A DNA stretch of 64,000 nucleotides. Origin: Paraphysomonas bandaiensis. Taxonomy: Eukaryota > Protista > Chrysophyceae. Both the position numbers and the translations under genes were made by a program. Under the pieces are notes generated by a model. That model worked only from the letters and a program-made list of their open reading frames with translations, made no database searches and was not told the origin of the DNA. This document shows, piece by piece, positions 36,500 to 50,703 of this stretch; position 1 is the stretch's first letter, and each line of letters begins with the position of its first letter. Location of the stretch: positions 62,001 to 126,000 of the forward strand of contig CBFFRP010000123.1 in NCBI GenBank assembly GCA_965644295.1, read 5' to 3'.

Positions 36500-38121
36500 A
36501 TGTACATGAACTAATAATACATACTGATTATATAGATATGATTGACTATGTAAATAATCAGTATAATAATCACTTCGAAGTGAAAAAAAAGTGAAGTGAT
36601 AATATTGAAGTCACTCAAAAGGTATGTATATATATTTCTAGTAGTATATAAAGTCTTCTTCTTGTGTCCAATTTATAAGTGAATGATATGAGTGGGTAGG
36701 AGGGGACTAGACCACTACCTTGTTTGGAGGTACTCTGTGTGGGAAGTCACGTACAGATGTGTATGTATGTGGATGTAAAATTGAAGTTATGGTGAAATTC
36801 GAATATAGAACAAAAACAAAAAATTGGAAGAAAGCAACAATATCAAGCACATCGTCGCATACAAATCAAATCTAAAAACACCTAAATTTATTAGAAAACT
36901 ATACTTTTCAGCATAAAAATCCCTCATATTACAGAACCGTTGAGAGGAAGAAAACGAAACACTCATATGGCCTGGACATTCAGTGTACACCAGCTAACAG
37001 TAACAGTGCTGTATAATGGAAAGGGTGAGAGTGAGTCTTGTTGTTCTTCATGGGCAGACTGAAAGAAACGTTGTCACAAAGGCGAAAAATCAGTATCACG
37101 CAAAGTATAATATACTCATAGCACACTGAAGAAAAAGTATATGAGACTCATTGCAAATGACAATAATGAAGTCGACTATCCATAGACTAGATACGTGAAT
37201 ATGGCGTTGTTAAATCTATAAAATGTGTGTCGGAAGTAAAAAGCGCAACGGCCTATTGTAGTCGAGGAAAGGGATAGTGTAATCAACTTCATGCACTATA
37301 TGTTTTGAAAGAATTGGTGGAAAGAGAATATTTTTTCCAGATTTCGAGACGATTTTTTTGCAAAGTAAATCTATATACTGTGTAGATTTTAAGAATATAG
37401 CTAGAAATAAATCGCATTTCATATCATTTTAACGTTACTCTGCCTTGTGGTGCTTTGCTTAGTTCCGTGGTTCCCCACCCGGGTTTTCACCGCATATTTA
37501 GCGCTGAGATAATGATGTAGCTAGTTCAGTAGGTAGCTAGCAAATAACGTATGGGACTTAAACAAGTATTAGTTAGGTACCCACCCGGATCTACCTAAGT
37601 ACGCGCTAAGAATGGAGCATACTACCTCAACTTCGTAATATATGTTACATTTTAATTCAACTTGTATCAAATTGTATCAATATGATGTGGATAATTTTAT
37701 CAAATAAAACTGTATGTTCACTCGCTTTCCTTCATTTCAGAGAGGTGAAAATATCGAGCGTATATTTAGTTATTATATAAATAAAAAAGTCATAGTATAT
37801 TGCCGTATAGATTATAGATAAATAAATCAATGATAAAAGTAAAAGCAAAACACTTCAGTTTTTAGCACAAAAGAATTACGTCACCATCCACGTCAATATT
37901 ATGATCTGAGTAGATGCTAAGAGTAATGTAATTATAATGTTTTCTATAACTAATATACCTCCTTCAAGATAAGAGTTGTGGTATACTATCATTGTAGTTT
38001 AACTAAAAAATGTACCACGATTTAGGTTTGCATATGAATTGTTAAAACTTCGAATGTATGCATTTCCTGCTCTCCTTTAAAAAGTAAATTGATATTATTC
38101 AAATACATAATAAAAATAATA

Positions 38122-39300
38122 TCATGCAAATTTGAGAACCACCATACCAGTGAGCATCACGATGATGGCTACAAATTTAGTATTGCTATATCTTTCCTTC
38201 AGGAATACTACACCAAAAAGAGCACCAATTAGTACAGCAAACTCACGAAGTGTGACAACGAGGGCCACATCTGAACCTGGCATTGTAAATACAACTAATA
38301 TAATAAAGTATGCACCGACGACACATGGTGCGATTAATATACAGCTTCTTTTATGCTCCTTTAAAGCTATCATTGTGTCATCATAATAGTAATAGTACAG
38401 AAAAGGCATCAAACAGAGATTCGATATGAAGTTATACGAAAAAGCCCAGATGATAAAAGGTACAGCACGAACCCCGAGGGCATCTACAATAGAGTATGTC
38501 GCTGTACATGCACCCACACCCATTGCTAACCCCAACGATATGAGCAGTTTCGATCTAACAGCAAACCAATCTGAGGAGAGTACCACGTTGAGAGATAATC
38601 TCGATTGCACCTCACTAACATTATCACATTCACTATTAGTGGTAGAATAGTTTCCATATTCCCCTTCACACAGACCAGATTCAGTTTTTCTATTAACAAC
38701 CGTTGTAGTAGCGACGTTTATATCGGCGTCATCAGATCTTATGGTCGATCCCATGAGTGACAGGCCATCTGCTGTGCCCCAATCTGATTTGGAAATTTCA
38801 TCAACAATATCAGGGTGAACATCATGCCTAGTCCCTATATCTGGCTTTGGTAAATGAACTGCTTTTACAATAGCCTCATAACATAAAAGGCATATTCCAG
38901 ACAGAACAATCAAAATACCGATCACAGCAAGCGACCCCAACCTCTTATCTATCTCTAATATTTGCGACATGATTGTGGCGAGTAAAATTGCCGTGCCTCT
39001 AGCAAGAGGGTATACCACACCAACATCACCATGAACATAAGCTGACGAGAGTAGCATGACATACGCCCCATGCGCAAGTATACTGAGGAATAATATAGGT
39101 ATCGCGTAGTTCATATTTATGGCATATATGTTATGAGGTTGAGTGAAAATAAAGGGGAACACCATAAGCGATCCAATGAAATGAGCAATAACTAGAACTG
39201 GTGTATTCCCTTTTATATGTCTTGCCATTGTATTCCATGAGGCATGAATAGTTGCACTGGCCAATATCAGTATATAGGCGAGTGTGTGCATCAGGAACAC
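38122..39300 (-). CDS. DMT/EamA-family transporter
   Basis: ASATIHASWN, AYVHGDVGVVYPLARG, YSIVDALG, LREFAVLIGALFGVVFLKE; about 10 TM segments; the true start is probably the Met near 39291. Confidence 0.88.
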   Translation of the reverse strand: MFLMHTLAYILILASATIHASWNTMARHIKGNTPVLVIAHFIGSLMVFPFIFTQPHNIYAINMNYAIPILFLSILAHGAYVMLLSSAYVHGDVGVVYPLARGTAILLATIMSQILEIDKRLGSLAVIGILIVLSGICLLCYEAIVKAVHLPKPDIGTRHDVHPDIVDEISKSDWGTADGLSLMGSTIRSDDADINVATTTVVNRKTESGLCEGEYGNYSTTNSECDNVSEVQSRLSLNVVLSSDWFAVRSKLLISLGLAMGVGACTATYSIVDALGVRAVPFIIWAFSYNFISNLCLMPFLYYYYYDDTMIALKEHKRSCILIAPCVVGAYFIILVVFTMPGSDVALVVTLREFAVLIGALFGVVFLKERYSNTKFVAIIVMLTGMVVLKFA

Positions 39301-39756
39301 AATCGAATAAAGTCAAAGCTGTCAAAAACTCAATCTATCAAGCAAAAACTGAATGCATTTATTCAGGACATCTACATAATTGATAATAGAATAATGTCAG
39401 CAGATACTGTGCTATGAATAGAAGACGATATAACCATTAGATCTTTAACTGCCTATACTGTAGCTGCCTATACACAACTGCTGTGCACATATCCTGCTGT
39501 GTTTTATACCGTCCAGTAGTATACGGCATACGGTGATAATACTGGTATACAATGAATTTTATATATACGGTGGTGTTTGGTATGTAGGTATATGTAGTAG
39601 TCACAGACAGCTATACATGCATACATACAGCGCGCAGTATATGTGACAGAGAGTTATTATACTATATACCACTACACCATTTATATATATGAGCATATAT
39701 CCGCACCAAACAAACATATTCTAATTTAAATACCCATATAATTGCATTCATGTTCT

Positions 39757-40658
39757 ATGCTTGCGAAAGCCGCAGGCTATAGACGAGCTCCAACAGAAGA
39801 AGACACCATAGATTTAGTACCTTTAACCCCCGCTGGCCGATCCAAACAGCAGCAAGAACCAATGGATCGATTTCGTCGATATGAAGAGGTTTTAAATATA
39901 GTATATTCTAGAAGATTATATATATGATATATATATCAATAGGAGTTTTTGAATTGTTCACGTAACATCAGCAGACTCAGCAGACAACTCGAAGCCACTA
40001 ATGGTGTTGTAGGTACCATATATTATACTTTATATATATGATTGTAAAGAGTAAAATATATTTATAGATGCAGTCATATCGGTTTCTGTCGACATTGATT
40101 CGGAGCTTGCTGAGGCCGAAGGATATGTATGTAATTTCTGCAATTTTTGACTTCAAATAATCATATTTACAGTTACGTGCAATGGATGTTGAGTTTCGTG
40201 CAATGGTTGGTTCTGAAAAGAAGTCTGCTTCTCAGAAAGTTGCTGACTACCGTGATGAGTACCGGCAAATGATTCAGAGTTTTCAGAATACGAAACAGAA
40301 GGCCGAAAGCGAGGCGTTGAAGAGTGGACCCGCCGCTAGAACGAAATTGGTGACTGCCAATCAGCGTCTAGACCAATCGACAGCTACACTTGAGAGTTCA
40401 CGTATGATAATTGCTCAGACGGAAGATGTCGGAAATACCATTATGACTGACTTGGAGGGACAGAAAGAAACCTTACAAGGGGCGCAATCTAAAGTTCAAG
40501 AGACAAGGCAATTCACATTGGACGCCAAGTCTGTCCTGCGAATGATGGGCCGGAGGGCAGTTATGCACAACCTCTGCATGATGCTCATAATATTTATCCT
40601 TTTTGGTGTTATTTGCATTATCATTTACTATGGGTTCATTGAAGACGACAAGAAATAA
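39757..40658 (+). CDS. VTI1: Qb-SNARE VTI1-like (multi-exon)
   Basis: FRRYEE|EF, LRAMDVE, RLDQSTATLESSRMIIAQTEDVGNTIMTDLEGQKETL SNARE coil, C-terminal TM; start at 39757 or 39862. Confidence 0.88.
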
Positions 40659-40959
40659 AAGGGTTTGGCGTTAGGTTGACATCGTACCAGTGGAAATATG
40701 GCTAAACAATATAAATTCTGAAATCTGAGAACTGTTTTTTAAACCATTAGGCGCAAAGTATAATACATCTTGTGATCTTACGTGACGCTGCGTGATATGT
40801 AAGGGTATATGATTGCGTTAACTAATATTTCTTGGTTCTACTATAAGTGCTCACTTACGTAGCATCGTAGCATCTCTTGATGGATGTAAAAGGTTGCTCA
40901 ATTGTCGCATGACTTTGCTTCTTATTAAATAATTGCAAGGGTCTTTCGCTAGTATTTCG

Positions 40960-41460
40960 TATTCTACTGTGACCTTATTTCATCATTGATAATAACTACA
41001 TATATATTATCAGCAGTATTTACCAAGGGAAATATTATTCAACCTAAGCCATTATAGTACCATATAAGTCAATGTCACCCCTCAGGTGTCCTAACTACTA
41101 ACTAGTATAAAGCAATACTGGTGATAGAAAGGGAGGCAGGTCACAATATGATTACAGTGGAGAATAATAAAGAATTGATCTTTATAATAGTAAAACAATG
41201 TTGTGATTATTAGTGTAAGTAATGAACACGATAGAGTGAGAATTATGAATAACAACATAGAACATAACTATCATGCACAACGGAATAGTTAGAAGTGTAA
41301 CTAATAATGACGACGTTATGATGACGATCATGTATCTTCGACAGATACTCTCTCTAATTCAGTTTATGATATATTTCATTGAACATTATAACTCACAGAT
41401 ACAATCTTGTATTAAGCTGAATCCTAATAAGAATATATTTCATCATTATACATTGTTATG
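40960..41460 (+). repeat. Degenerate dispersed repeat, copy 1 (inverted relative to about 45600-46230)
   Basis: atgacgatcatgtatcttcgacagatactctctctaattcagtttatga matches the reverse complement of about 45700-45751; weaker flanking similarity; ends approximate. Confidence 0.6.
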
Positions 41461-42287
41461 CATCTGTGTGCTAGCTTACACGTTGATTCGAAAAATCACA
41501 AAATCTTCAACGGGGACACTTTCATCTTCGACTAACAGATTGTCTTGCATCTCCATGTTTAGTTCAATTCTGAATGTGGTTTTCGAAGTCAGAACAGAAG
41601 ACTGTATCCATGTCGTCGCAACCGGTTTTGTCGGGTCAATTAAAAATACTTGACCCTTATGTTAGGTATAATTACAGCCACGACATCCTACAGCTAATGT
41701 TTGTACGTGCTTGGATCAGTGCATAATCTAAATCCAAAATGTGAGTTGATGGCATACTCATCTGGAGGACGTACTGATTGAGTATAACTCCACTGAGACT
41801 GTGAGGTAATATCTTTTCCACGATGAACATAGACTATTCCATTATTTAAATGATAATTCGTTCTGTATCATATCACCTTGCATTGATATATCATTCCAAT
41901 CATCACGTTTTAATACTAATGATCGAATGATAATACTGATATATAAGTAATCATCATTATATTGTTATGTATGCAGAGATCCCTTATATATATATATATA
42001 TATGCAGGGAATTCTAGAATTGGATGATATGAAAGAAGTAGAAGTAGACTTTGTCTGCAGACATTCTATTGGCTGGATACACTCATGTTGAAGTAAAGTT
42101 GTCGAGGGTACTAAAAGGGTAGTCGTGGAATACAGAAACTACAACACATACATACCACTGCTGTGTATACAGAATACAATAACTATATAATAATACAGCA
42201 GTATACCCGTATATGTATTAAGCTGTAGTCTAACTTCCGTTTGATCAATTCAAACTCAGCCACACTATTATCACACTCAACTTGCTA

Positions 42288-42934
42288 ATGGGCGATGTTA
42301 GACTGAAGATAACCACATTGTTAAAGTATTTCATCTAAATTTCACTATAGAATCAAAAAGGTGTGGTTCGGAAATGAGTGACTCAGATATAAATAGAATT
42401 TTTGAAGGTAATATATGTGTAAAATATGTCTGATGCTTAAGAGTAACAATCCTTTAGAGTTTTCAGCTGCATCCGATATAAAATCTCGTACATTTCCATC
42501 TGAAGTTAGTGCTGAGATATTACAGGTATTGCTCTTTGATATATTTTACTGCTCTCATTGTTATGTGTAGGAGCTACATAAAATCGTCGCCACCGGAAAG
42601 TTAACGATTCCCTGGAATATACTGTCACCCGTAGTTGCCACCCTGATGCATCAGGTCTATGCATTTACTTATTTTCTATTGCGCTCACTCTTTTCAGGAA
42701 TTGCATAATTTCTTTCAGAAGTACGGTTTCGTAGGCCCACTGTCCCAAACTTTTGAGAGTAGGAAGAGTGAACTTATGCTACTATTAGAGAGATACGACG
42801 AACCCCCATTCACACTGCAGCGGATTCTTGAATTATTATTGAATCCTGCCAGTCAGTACTCCTCGACACACAAGCTAATGAATAGTTTAGACAAACTTCT
42901 TTCAGTTACTACAACAATATCTGTTGATGTCTAA
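42288..42934 (+). CDS. PPP4R2: Protein phosphatase 4 regulatory subunit 2-like (multi-exon)
   Basis: IVATGKLTIPW; EPPFTLQRILELLLNPASQYSSTHKLMNSLDKLLSV. Confidence 0.8.
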
Positions 42935-43249
42935 AAATTGCACTAGAGAACTTAGTGTCAAGTAGTATCATGTAATTTATTGTCATGAGTGAATAGAAAT
43001 GAATTTTTTAAGTAATCATTTTTTAATTTGTGAATATTTGGTGACTTGTAGTGTGTGTTTGCAATGGCTTTAAAGGCTGTTGAATGATTACGCAAAGCTT
43101 AGAACACTAGCTGGTTTTTCTGAAGCACGCAACTATATTTAGCGGAGTGTTCAACATTTTGCATATAACAGACATGTCATAATATTATTACCCATGACGT
43201 AATTATATCAAGTGGAAACTGTACAAGCTTACTATTATAAGACTTTGTA

Positions 43250-43882
43250 TTACGAATTCAATTCATATAGATGTAGAGGCCATTGAGCATCTGGGTGCAT
43301 CTCACTGGTACACTTAATAACTTCAATTGGCGTTTCGGTATCAGGAAATGGTGACATATACGTAATAACTCGAATTGGTTTCCCAAGAGATTTTAGAAGA
43401 GGAAGAATGATACGTAATCCACGTGGTATCAGGTATAAATAAAAAACTGTACCATCAGAGTAGTCCTGTTCTAAAGCATTACCGCATATTATGCGGCATG
43501 TTTCTTGCAAACCCTGGTCCAGAATGTCCTACTGCAGGATGACAACTATACGTGCTGTAAATCTAACATACCTCTTCCACTTTCTTCGCCCTATCTTCGT
43601 TTATTTCAATGCCAATACATTTCGCTTGAGTTTCTTGAGCACATCTGATCTATACACACAGAAGAACGAATAAACCCTTGAAAACTATGAGCAGGAATAA
43701 CATATGTACCAAAAATCTACCATCGCCAGCACCTATATCGTATACAATATCTGAACATAGAAGCGTTAATTGAATATCAATTGTGGTAAATTCGTACCAT
43801 CTGGAGTTATTCGAAGAGCATTTATGGCCTTCTCTATTACTTCAACTGGAGTGGACCATAACTTATTTCGTGGAGCTAGCAT
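43250..43882 (-). CDS. Small class I SAM methyltransferase, FAM173/ATPSCKMT-like (multi-exon)
   Basis: LWSTPVEVI, DIVYDIGAGDGRFL, CIGIEIN, GNALEQDYSDGTVFYLYLIP. Confidence 0.82.
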
Positions 43883-44218
43883 TACACCACAACAGATGAT
43901 ATACGGTATATGTCCTTGTCTAATAACAGCTAAACGTAACTGATGTGTATATGGGACTTCCTTGTGAATGAAACAATGCTAATAATTACCCTTGTTTTGT
44001 TAAAGGTGAAGGACTGTTGCTGCTTGTCTGGATGTACTCAATCTGCCATACCGTCTATTTTGTAGCCCGTGTTTTATATACACATTATTATAGTGTATAA
44101 AATTACGGATTACATACGGGTATTTTACAGTCATGTTTAGATATATACATGCATCCTTCTCACAGCAGTAGATACACCACATGACATCCTCCCATTAAAG
44201 CTAGAACAACACTTTGAC

Positions 44219-45492
44219 ATGGTGACAACTCTTCTAGTGGCATGGATAACTGTGTTCTCAATAGCATGGATACCAACTATACATGCAATTACTACAGAGA
44301 CTGATATGGATAAGTAAACACATATGTCTCTACTATATATATCATGAGCTGATATTTATATATAATGAATAGATCACCGTTCTTTTCTGATCCAGATATA
44401 CATGAATTACAAACTAATAAGGAGAAAAATCTTGAATGTATGCCAGAAAGAAGACGGTGAGTAGTACTCACATTCATAGGAAGCGGCTTATTCATTGCTC
44501 GAAGACAAATACCTGTGCGACCTAAATTTATAGGGGGACACCTTAAAGCAAAAGCACCAATGCCGTATATGCAATGTAACATGAAGCATGGATTAATAGC
44601 GAATGGCCAACTGAATGAAGATATAAAGATGTACAAACGTTTTTTTCGAGACCCAAAGTATATGGGTAAGGGAGTTTTTGTGGAAATGGGAGGCCTTGAT
44701 GGAGTATCAATTAGCAATTCGTACATCTTCGAACAATGCCTAGGATGGTCTGGAATGCTGTTGGAGGCGAATCCAGAGAATTTTAAAAATATGGTTCACA
44801 ACCGACCCTGTGACACCAACAAGTGGTGTGCAGGTTAGTGCGTTAATAATGTACAAGTTAGCATTCATATTCATTTAGTATGATATTTTGTCTTATTGTA
44901 TTAATGGTGATGTTTGCACAGCTTGTTCAGGTGATCAGAATTATCTATATATAACAAATCATCACGGTAAATCTCGGGTGATACACAGCTTGGAGGAGTT
45001 TGAGGATATCAAAGCCCGGCACCAGAACGAATATTCGTGGCACAATCTGACGAGTTTTACCCGTACACCATGCTGTAATATGGCTGATGTATTTGCTGAG
45101 CACAATATTACGTGGATAGATTTCTTTAGTCTAGATGTAGAAGGTTCAGAAATTGATGTTTTACGAAGCATTGACTGGTCAAAAGTACATGTTGAGGTGA
45201 TGATAGTAGAGACAGCAAAGCATATTGAAGGAAAAGGCATTGAAGGTAGAAACAAGGATGATGAAGTGGAGAAAGTTCTCACAGAGCAGGCTGGAATGAT
45301 TCGTCTACCAACTTCGGCCACTGGCATTCCGCAATGTCAATTGGACCGGAAAAAGCTTCCATCTGGGTATGTCTATTCTGTGCCTCGTTCAAAATATATC
45401 TAAATCTATTTGTATTTAGGGTTTACAACTTACATATGTCGAACTTGTATGTAGCACCAGCTCTGCGGGATGATATCTGTGCGCCAGGATAG
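44219..45492 (+). CDS. FkbM/Methyltransf_21-family methyltransferase with signal peptide (multi-exon)
   Basis: MVTTLLVAWITVFSIAW...; FVEMGGLDGVSISNS..FEQCLGWSGMLLEANP; IDFFSLDVEGSE. Confidence 0.85.
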
Positions 45493-45599
45493 TGTGATAG
45501 TGTACAGTGTACAAGACGGACGTTTATATAGTAATATATAATATATACTGTTTTCATCTCACAAAGTGCCCTTTACTTGCTGTGAAACCATATGCAACG

Positions 45600-46230
45600 T
45601 ATGGAGACGTGAGTATTATCGAATTTAAGTTGCTTAAGATATTAGGAGTAATCTTAATATAAGATAGTATATATGAGTTATGATATTCAATGAAATATAC
45701 TGTCATGAATTGAATTAGGGAGAGTATCTGTTGAATATACATGATCGTCATTATCAGTTATATACGAATATCTGATTATTACATGAGAACGGTTGTGTAC
45801 AGAAACTAGTTTTACATCTATATACTACCTAATAACTGGACTTGCTATATCATTATCACTTATACTTCTAACTATTCCGATGAGTTTGATGGTTATGATC
45901 TGCATTACCATTCACTTTTCTACATTACTGTGTTCATCACATTACGCTCTAATAATCACAACAATCTTCTTACTATTACCAAGCTTTAATCTGCATTTAC
46001 TGGAAATAAATGGTCTCAAGAATTTCTTTTTGTATATAACTTACAAAATATGAACACGCTATTGTAAGACAGGAAGTGGTTATGTGCTTATCAGTTGTAT
46101 TGAGGTTAGTGACAGTGTAATGAGAATATACTGTATCTCTCCCTTGGGGGAATAGATTGATCTATCCATATGTAAAGGTAAAAGAGATGGCATTGTATTC
46201 ACTCTTCTTCATTACTATGTAATTATTCAC
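45600..46230 (-). repeat. Degenerate dispersed repeat, copy 2
   Basis: Reverse-complement similarity to 40960-41460; the spurious ORFs MTIMYIQQILSLIQFM and MTIMYLRQILSLIQFM match. Confidence 0.6.
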
Positions 46231-46304
46231 CTATATCCTATATTGACAAAAACTAGGGATTTCTAGCTAAGTTGAGCACAAACCAACACATAATTAAAAC
46301 TAGC

Positions 46305-47545
46305 TTAATGGGATTCTACTTTGGTGATCAGAGACTTTGTCGCTTCAAATGTTGCGAACGTAACAGCAGTGGTGGCCACTGACTTGATCAAAGTAGGGAC
46401 AATACCCTGAAACTCATTTAACACTTGAATATAGATATTTCATGCCTCACCTTGTAAAGTCCTCTGACACCTTCTTCAGTGATTACAGTTGCGATGCAGT
46501 TGATGAAGCTGCTATACTTAACAATAGCCGTAGACGGAAGATGGGACGTACTATACATAGTGTTCTGTAGCACCTGTGCCTGAAGTCGTTTCTTTATCGT
46601 ATCCAGTGGGTACATTAGGAGCTTAGACACCCCACCCGCAATAGCCCCACTTCCAGCACTGATGGCCATGTTTAACACACCCGTAGACGAGGCACCAAAA
46701 AAGTGTTGCACGACTTTGCACTGAATTCGCATCTGCTCATATATATAGAAGTTCATGCCCATGAAAGGGGCTATGCCGACGATTGCTGCAGGGAGACCCA
46801 TATAGAACCCTGGGATCGTAAGCAACATCATAATATAGCATTGACGTAAGAGCTATTCATACCAGATACACCGCAAGTGGAAACCGTGTGTCTAACGTAG
46901 GATACCATTGAGCGATGAACGACATCTTTGCCCTACAGTGAATGGAGAATGTTATGAGGTGTACAGCACAGACGGATACGCATTACCTGTATCGCGAATT
47001 GCGTCCTCATTATGTCAAAAGGGTATGTCACTACTGTTGCAACAACACCAGCTCCTACATCAATATATTAACTAACGCGCAGCAAAACATCAAACTGAAG
47101 CCACCTGCTCCAGACAAAAAAGGTGACACCGTGGAAATTAAGTCCCGTCTCACAGAAGAACTCGACTGCTGAGACGTTGAATTGAAGAACCGACTCAAAA
47201 ATCCATACGACGCAAATTGGACCATGCTATACGACACCCAGAGGTATGTCGCTGGAATATTTCCCTTCCACAGACTCCTACGTTACTTTATTAGGGTATT
47301 AGGATTCAAATTAGCACTGCCGCTACCATATGCCTTCTTCGCGGATCATCGAACGGATAGCTTGTTGCATTGAGATATATTTCCTTTGTTTGCGGCATTG
47401 TAATTGAAACCTGTGCAATAACAGTTAATTGATAATTAGTAAGATATAGACTTTACCTTATTTTCAATACATCAAGTGGTGCGGTGAGTAGCCGGGAAAC
47501 CGCACCCGCAACGGCTCCACAGAGCATATCATTACTCACAGTCAT
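46305..47545 (-). CDS. Mitochondrial carrier, thiamine-pyrophosphate carrier (SLC25A19/TPC1)-like
   Basis: GAVAGAVSRLLTAPLDVLKI|RFQLQ; LWKGNIPATYLWVSYSMVQF; YPFDIMRTQF; YPLDTIKKRLQ. Confidence 0.88.
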
Positions 47546-48378
47546 TAATCTTTCTTCTCTACTTTTCTACAATAAACATAATTAATAATACATGCCTGAA
47601 TATACATATATATAAAAGATAACCTTGGAACAAAAAGAAAATTCGGAGCTAAAATAACTAAAAATATTATGCAAGCAAGTTCAAAATTACTGAGAATCTT
47701 TTTGGATTCTGCATCTAGTTCATTGAAGCCAATATATTCCAGTATAGCGTCAAGCATTATGCTAAATTCTATGTATCATAATAAAGTCCTAATAGAACAT
47801 ATCATAAGAGTGTGAGTAGAATAGAATATAGATTGTAATGCAAGTGTTATACCTTCTTTTTAATATATAAGTGTGTTGGTTCTGGAATATATACTAGTGT
47901 ATATCTGGACTCAGTCTTTAAGGGATGATGACTTCAAGGCGGAATATATGCACAGCACTGTATATTCGAACCATTCAAATTCCAGAAGCCTAATGTGGAA
48001 ACTAGGGATTTCAAGCTCAACACTGGACCATGGTATATTACCAAAACCTGTACATTCTATGAAACATTACATTTCGACCACACAATTATGTGTTTTTCTA
48101 GTTTTCATTTTAAAATAGGGCTTTTTAACCAGTACATCAGTACATACTGTACATAGGGTAGATATACCGTACTTAGCTACCTACAGGTACAGTACATACT
48201 CTGTACCACTTTTAGCTACATACAGCGGTACATACGTACAGGATTTCAGCGATAGTCGTTCTTGAGCACAATGTCTGCTCTGCTTTGTCTTCATTCGACT
48301 CTCCATATATTATCGCATATATCATCATATTAAAGTTAATACAACTGTTAATCTCTTACCTTTAATTATTATCATCTA

Positions 48379-49287
48379 ATGGCATCATTTGCAGCTGTTG
48401 ATAAAGATGTTGTCAATGCTTCTAATGAATCAGGTGAACAGAATGAGAAAGTAGCGAATATAGATGTATCGACTGTAGCATATATATATGATCTTGCCAC
48501 TCAACCAACAGAGGTAGATACAGGATTTAGAAAATGTATTATTGAACGCCATGAAAATTTTCATATTCGTGGTGTTAGACCTCATGCGACATTTTCTATA
48601 CGATTCGGCACACCACAGAGTGATGATGAAAACACATCCCGCTTATGGGCACAACGACATATGTTAGCACAAAATGCTTTTTATGTCATATCTGCATCTC
48701 CCTATGACCTTGATAAGAAGAGAAATGAACGATCTGAGCACTTTTTAGGTAAATTGAAACGGATTCATGGGTCAGTGCTGTATGAAGGTGTATTATATCG
48801 GAATGAGGAGCGCAAGCCTTTAGTTGGAATTGTCTATGATCATGATCGAAACAATCATAACGATCGTAAAATGGAAGTTGGTATTCCGACTTCTAGTGTC
48901 TCTTCGGTCGAGGAATTTAGTCAAAATTTCAAAATGATTAGGCATGAGGGAGCTCAGAATAGCGCACAGTTTCCAGCTGTTGAGTACTACAACCAGATAA
49001 CGGATGACCCTGAGCTGATGAAGTCTCCTGAAATTCTCGAGAAGTTTCAAGTCGATGGTGAAGCTACAGCGCTTGTTGTATCCGCTAAGAATTTTCAGCT
49101 CGTCAAGTCGGAGCCATATCGACTACAGTATCGTAATACGAATTCAGAAGATGAGACTCCGAAAGTGGTTTTACAGTTGGGCAAACTGGATAGTAACTTG
49201 TTCACGTGCTACTATACGGCACCATTTACCCTTTTACAAGCCTTTATGATTGCTCTATCGAGGTTTGAAACGCAGCAGAAATACTAG
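48379..49287 (+). CDS. Tubby-domain protein
   Basis: FLGKL; VSAKNFQLV; VVLQLGKLDSNLFTCYYTAPFTLLQAFMIALSRFE, the Tub-family C terminus. Confidence 0.85.
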   Translation: MASFAAVDKDVVNASNESGEQNEKVANIDVSTVAYIYDLATQPTEVDTGFRKCIIERHENFHIRGVRPHATFSIRFGTPQSDDENTSRLWAQRHMLAQNAFYVISASPYDLDKKRNERSEHFLGKLKRIHGSVLYEGVLYRNEERKPLVGIVYDHDRNNHNDRKMEVGIPTSSVSSVEEFSQNFKMIRHEGAQNSAQFPAVEYYNQITDDPELMKSPEILEKFQVDGEATALVVSAKNFQLVKSEPYRLQYRNTNSEDETPKVVLQLGKLDSNLFTCYYTAPFTLLQAFMIALSRFETQQKY

Positions 49288-50557
49288 CTAGAGTAACAGG
49301 TAACCTATGACCTTGAGCTAATGGAGAGGCTAATGAGAATATTGATGAGAACAATTATTAAATATATAGTGCACCATACATTTGTTTGAATTATAGTTAT
49401 TTTTCCCGATAGGTTTTGTTGTGTAGTATGTAGAGAGTACAGATTTATCTGTTACACAGCAATAACTAAAATATAATGGAATTTTTATCTTTTATCTTTT
49501 TCAGGTTTGGAAATGGATTTAAAATACATTTAACCAGCCTCTTTGCTTTAGATAAGTCATTTCACGGTTCAGCATTTCTTGCATGAGTAAGACGTGTCCC
49601 ATAGGACCCCGAGGAGGATGAAAATCCGATACACTAGTAATCCTCAAGAAAATACACTAGTACGTATAGCTTGTTCTCATAAACGATAACGCTAACGGGA
49701 AACTCAAACAGCTCGATACGATGATGCGACACAAAGAAGTTTTGCTTACTTAGCCACGGGCTCTAAGCCAAAAGCCTGAGTTACAATTTTGTCAAGGGAC
49801 AATGCACTTTAGGTTAAATTTTAGCTTATCTCTATCATAAACGGTGAGTACTGTCGTTGTGTAGTTGGTTGTTGGCTACCAAGATATTATGACGCAATTT
49901 AACCAATAAAAACATTCTATTAGACTAAGTCGGGAAAAGGAAATGTATATCTTAATAAATCAGAAGTATTGATGTTGTGTGCAAGTAATGTTCACAGTTT
50001 TGTACAAATAAATCGCATTCTACCCTCCTAAGTCTACTTTTATAGTATATTAGTGAACTACCAAATTAAAGCTTTTATCTTATTCAATGTGCATGTACTT
50101 CTTCAAGATATATACAAACTACTCACTTCACAACTTGGAATTGTTATATCATCATCGTATTTGTTCATACAGGGGTTCAATCGCATCTGTGTTCGAGTGC
50201 TGGACGGTGCACATGCAGAAAGATGTACCGGAACTGCTGCGCTCTTCTTCCTTCTCCTTTAATTACACCTCATGAAGCTTCAATAATGACTCAATATGAT
50301 CAGCACGATTGTTTTACAGTTGAGTAATTTCTTGTAGCTTATTCGGTGTATTGTCGACACAAACTAAACGATTCCTTACATCGGGATTCACATCCCAAAA
50401 TGAGATTAACAAACTACCATACCCTCTCACAAAGAGGCTAAAACAACTGCGCAATTAGGGTTTCACTGAGGTTAATGGTTTGGATTGAAATGGAACATTA
50501 GAATCAATATCGTTTTGACTCTTTGGCCGAGTAGTGTACTTGCTATGCTGGCCCTAC

Positions 50558-50703
50558 GTATGTATGTATGTATGTAGGTAGGTAGGTACGTAGGTAGGTA
50601 GGTACGTAGGTACTGTATGTATGTATGTATGTATGTATGTATGTATGTATGTAGCTATGTATGTATGTATGTATGCATGTATGTACAGTAAATGTGTGTA
50701 TGT
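50558..50703. repeat. (TATG)n/(TAGG)n tetranucleotide microsatellite
   Basis: Tandem tatg/tagg units seen directly. Confidence 0.95.

Noticed and set aside
50558-50703. Repeat array as CRISPR or telomere
   Set aside because: Simple tetranucleotide microsatellite without spacers, located internally
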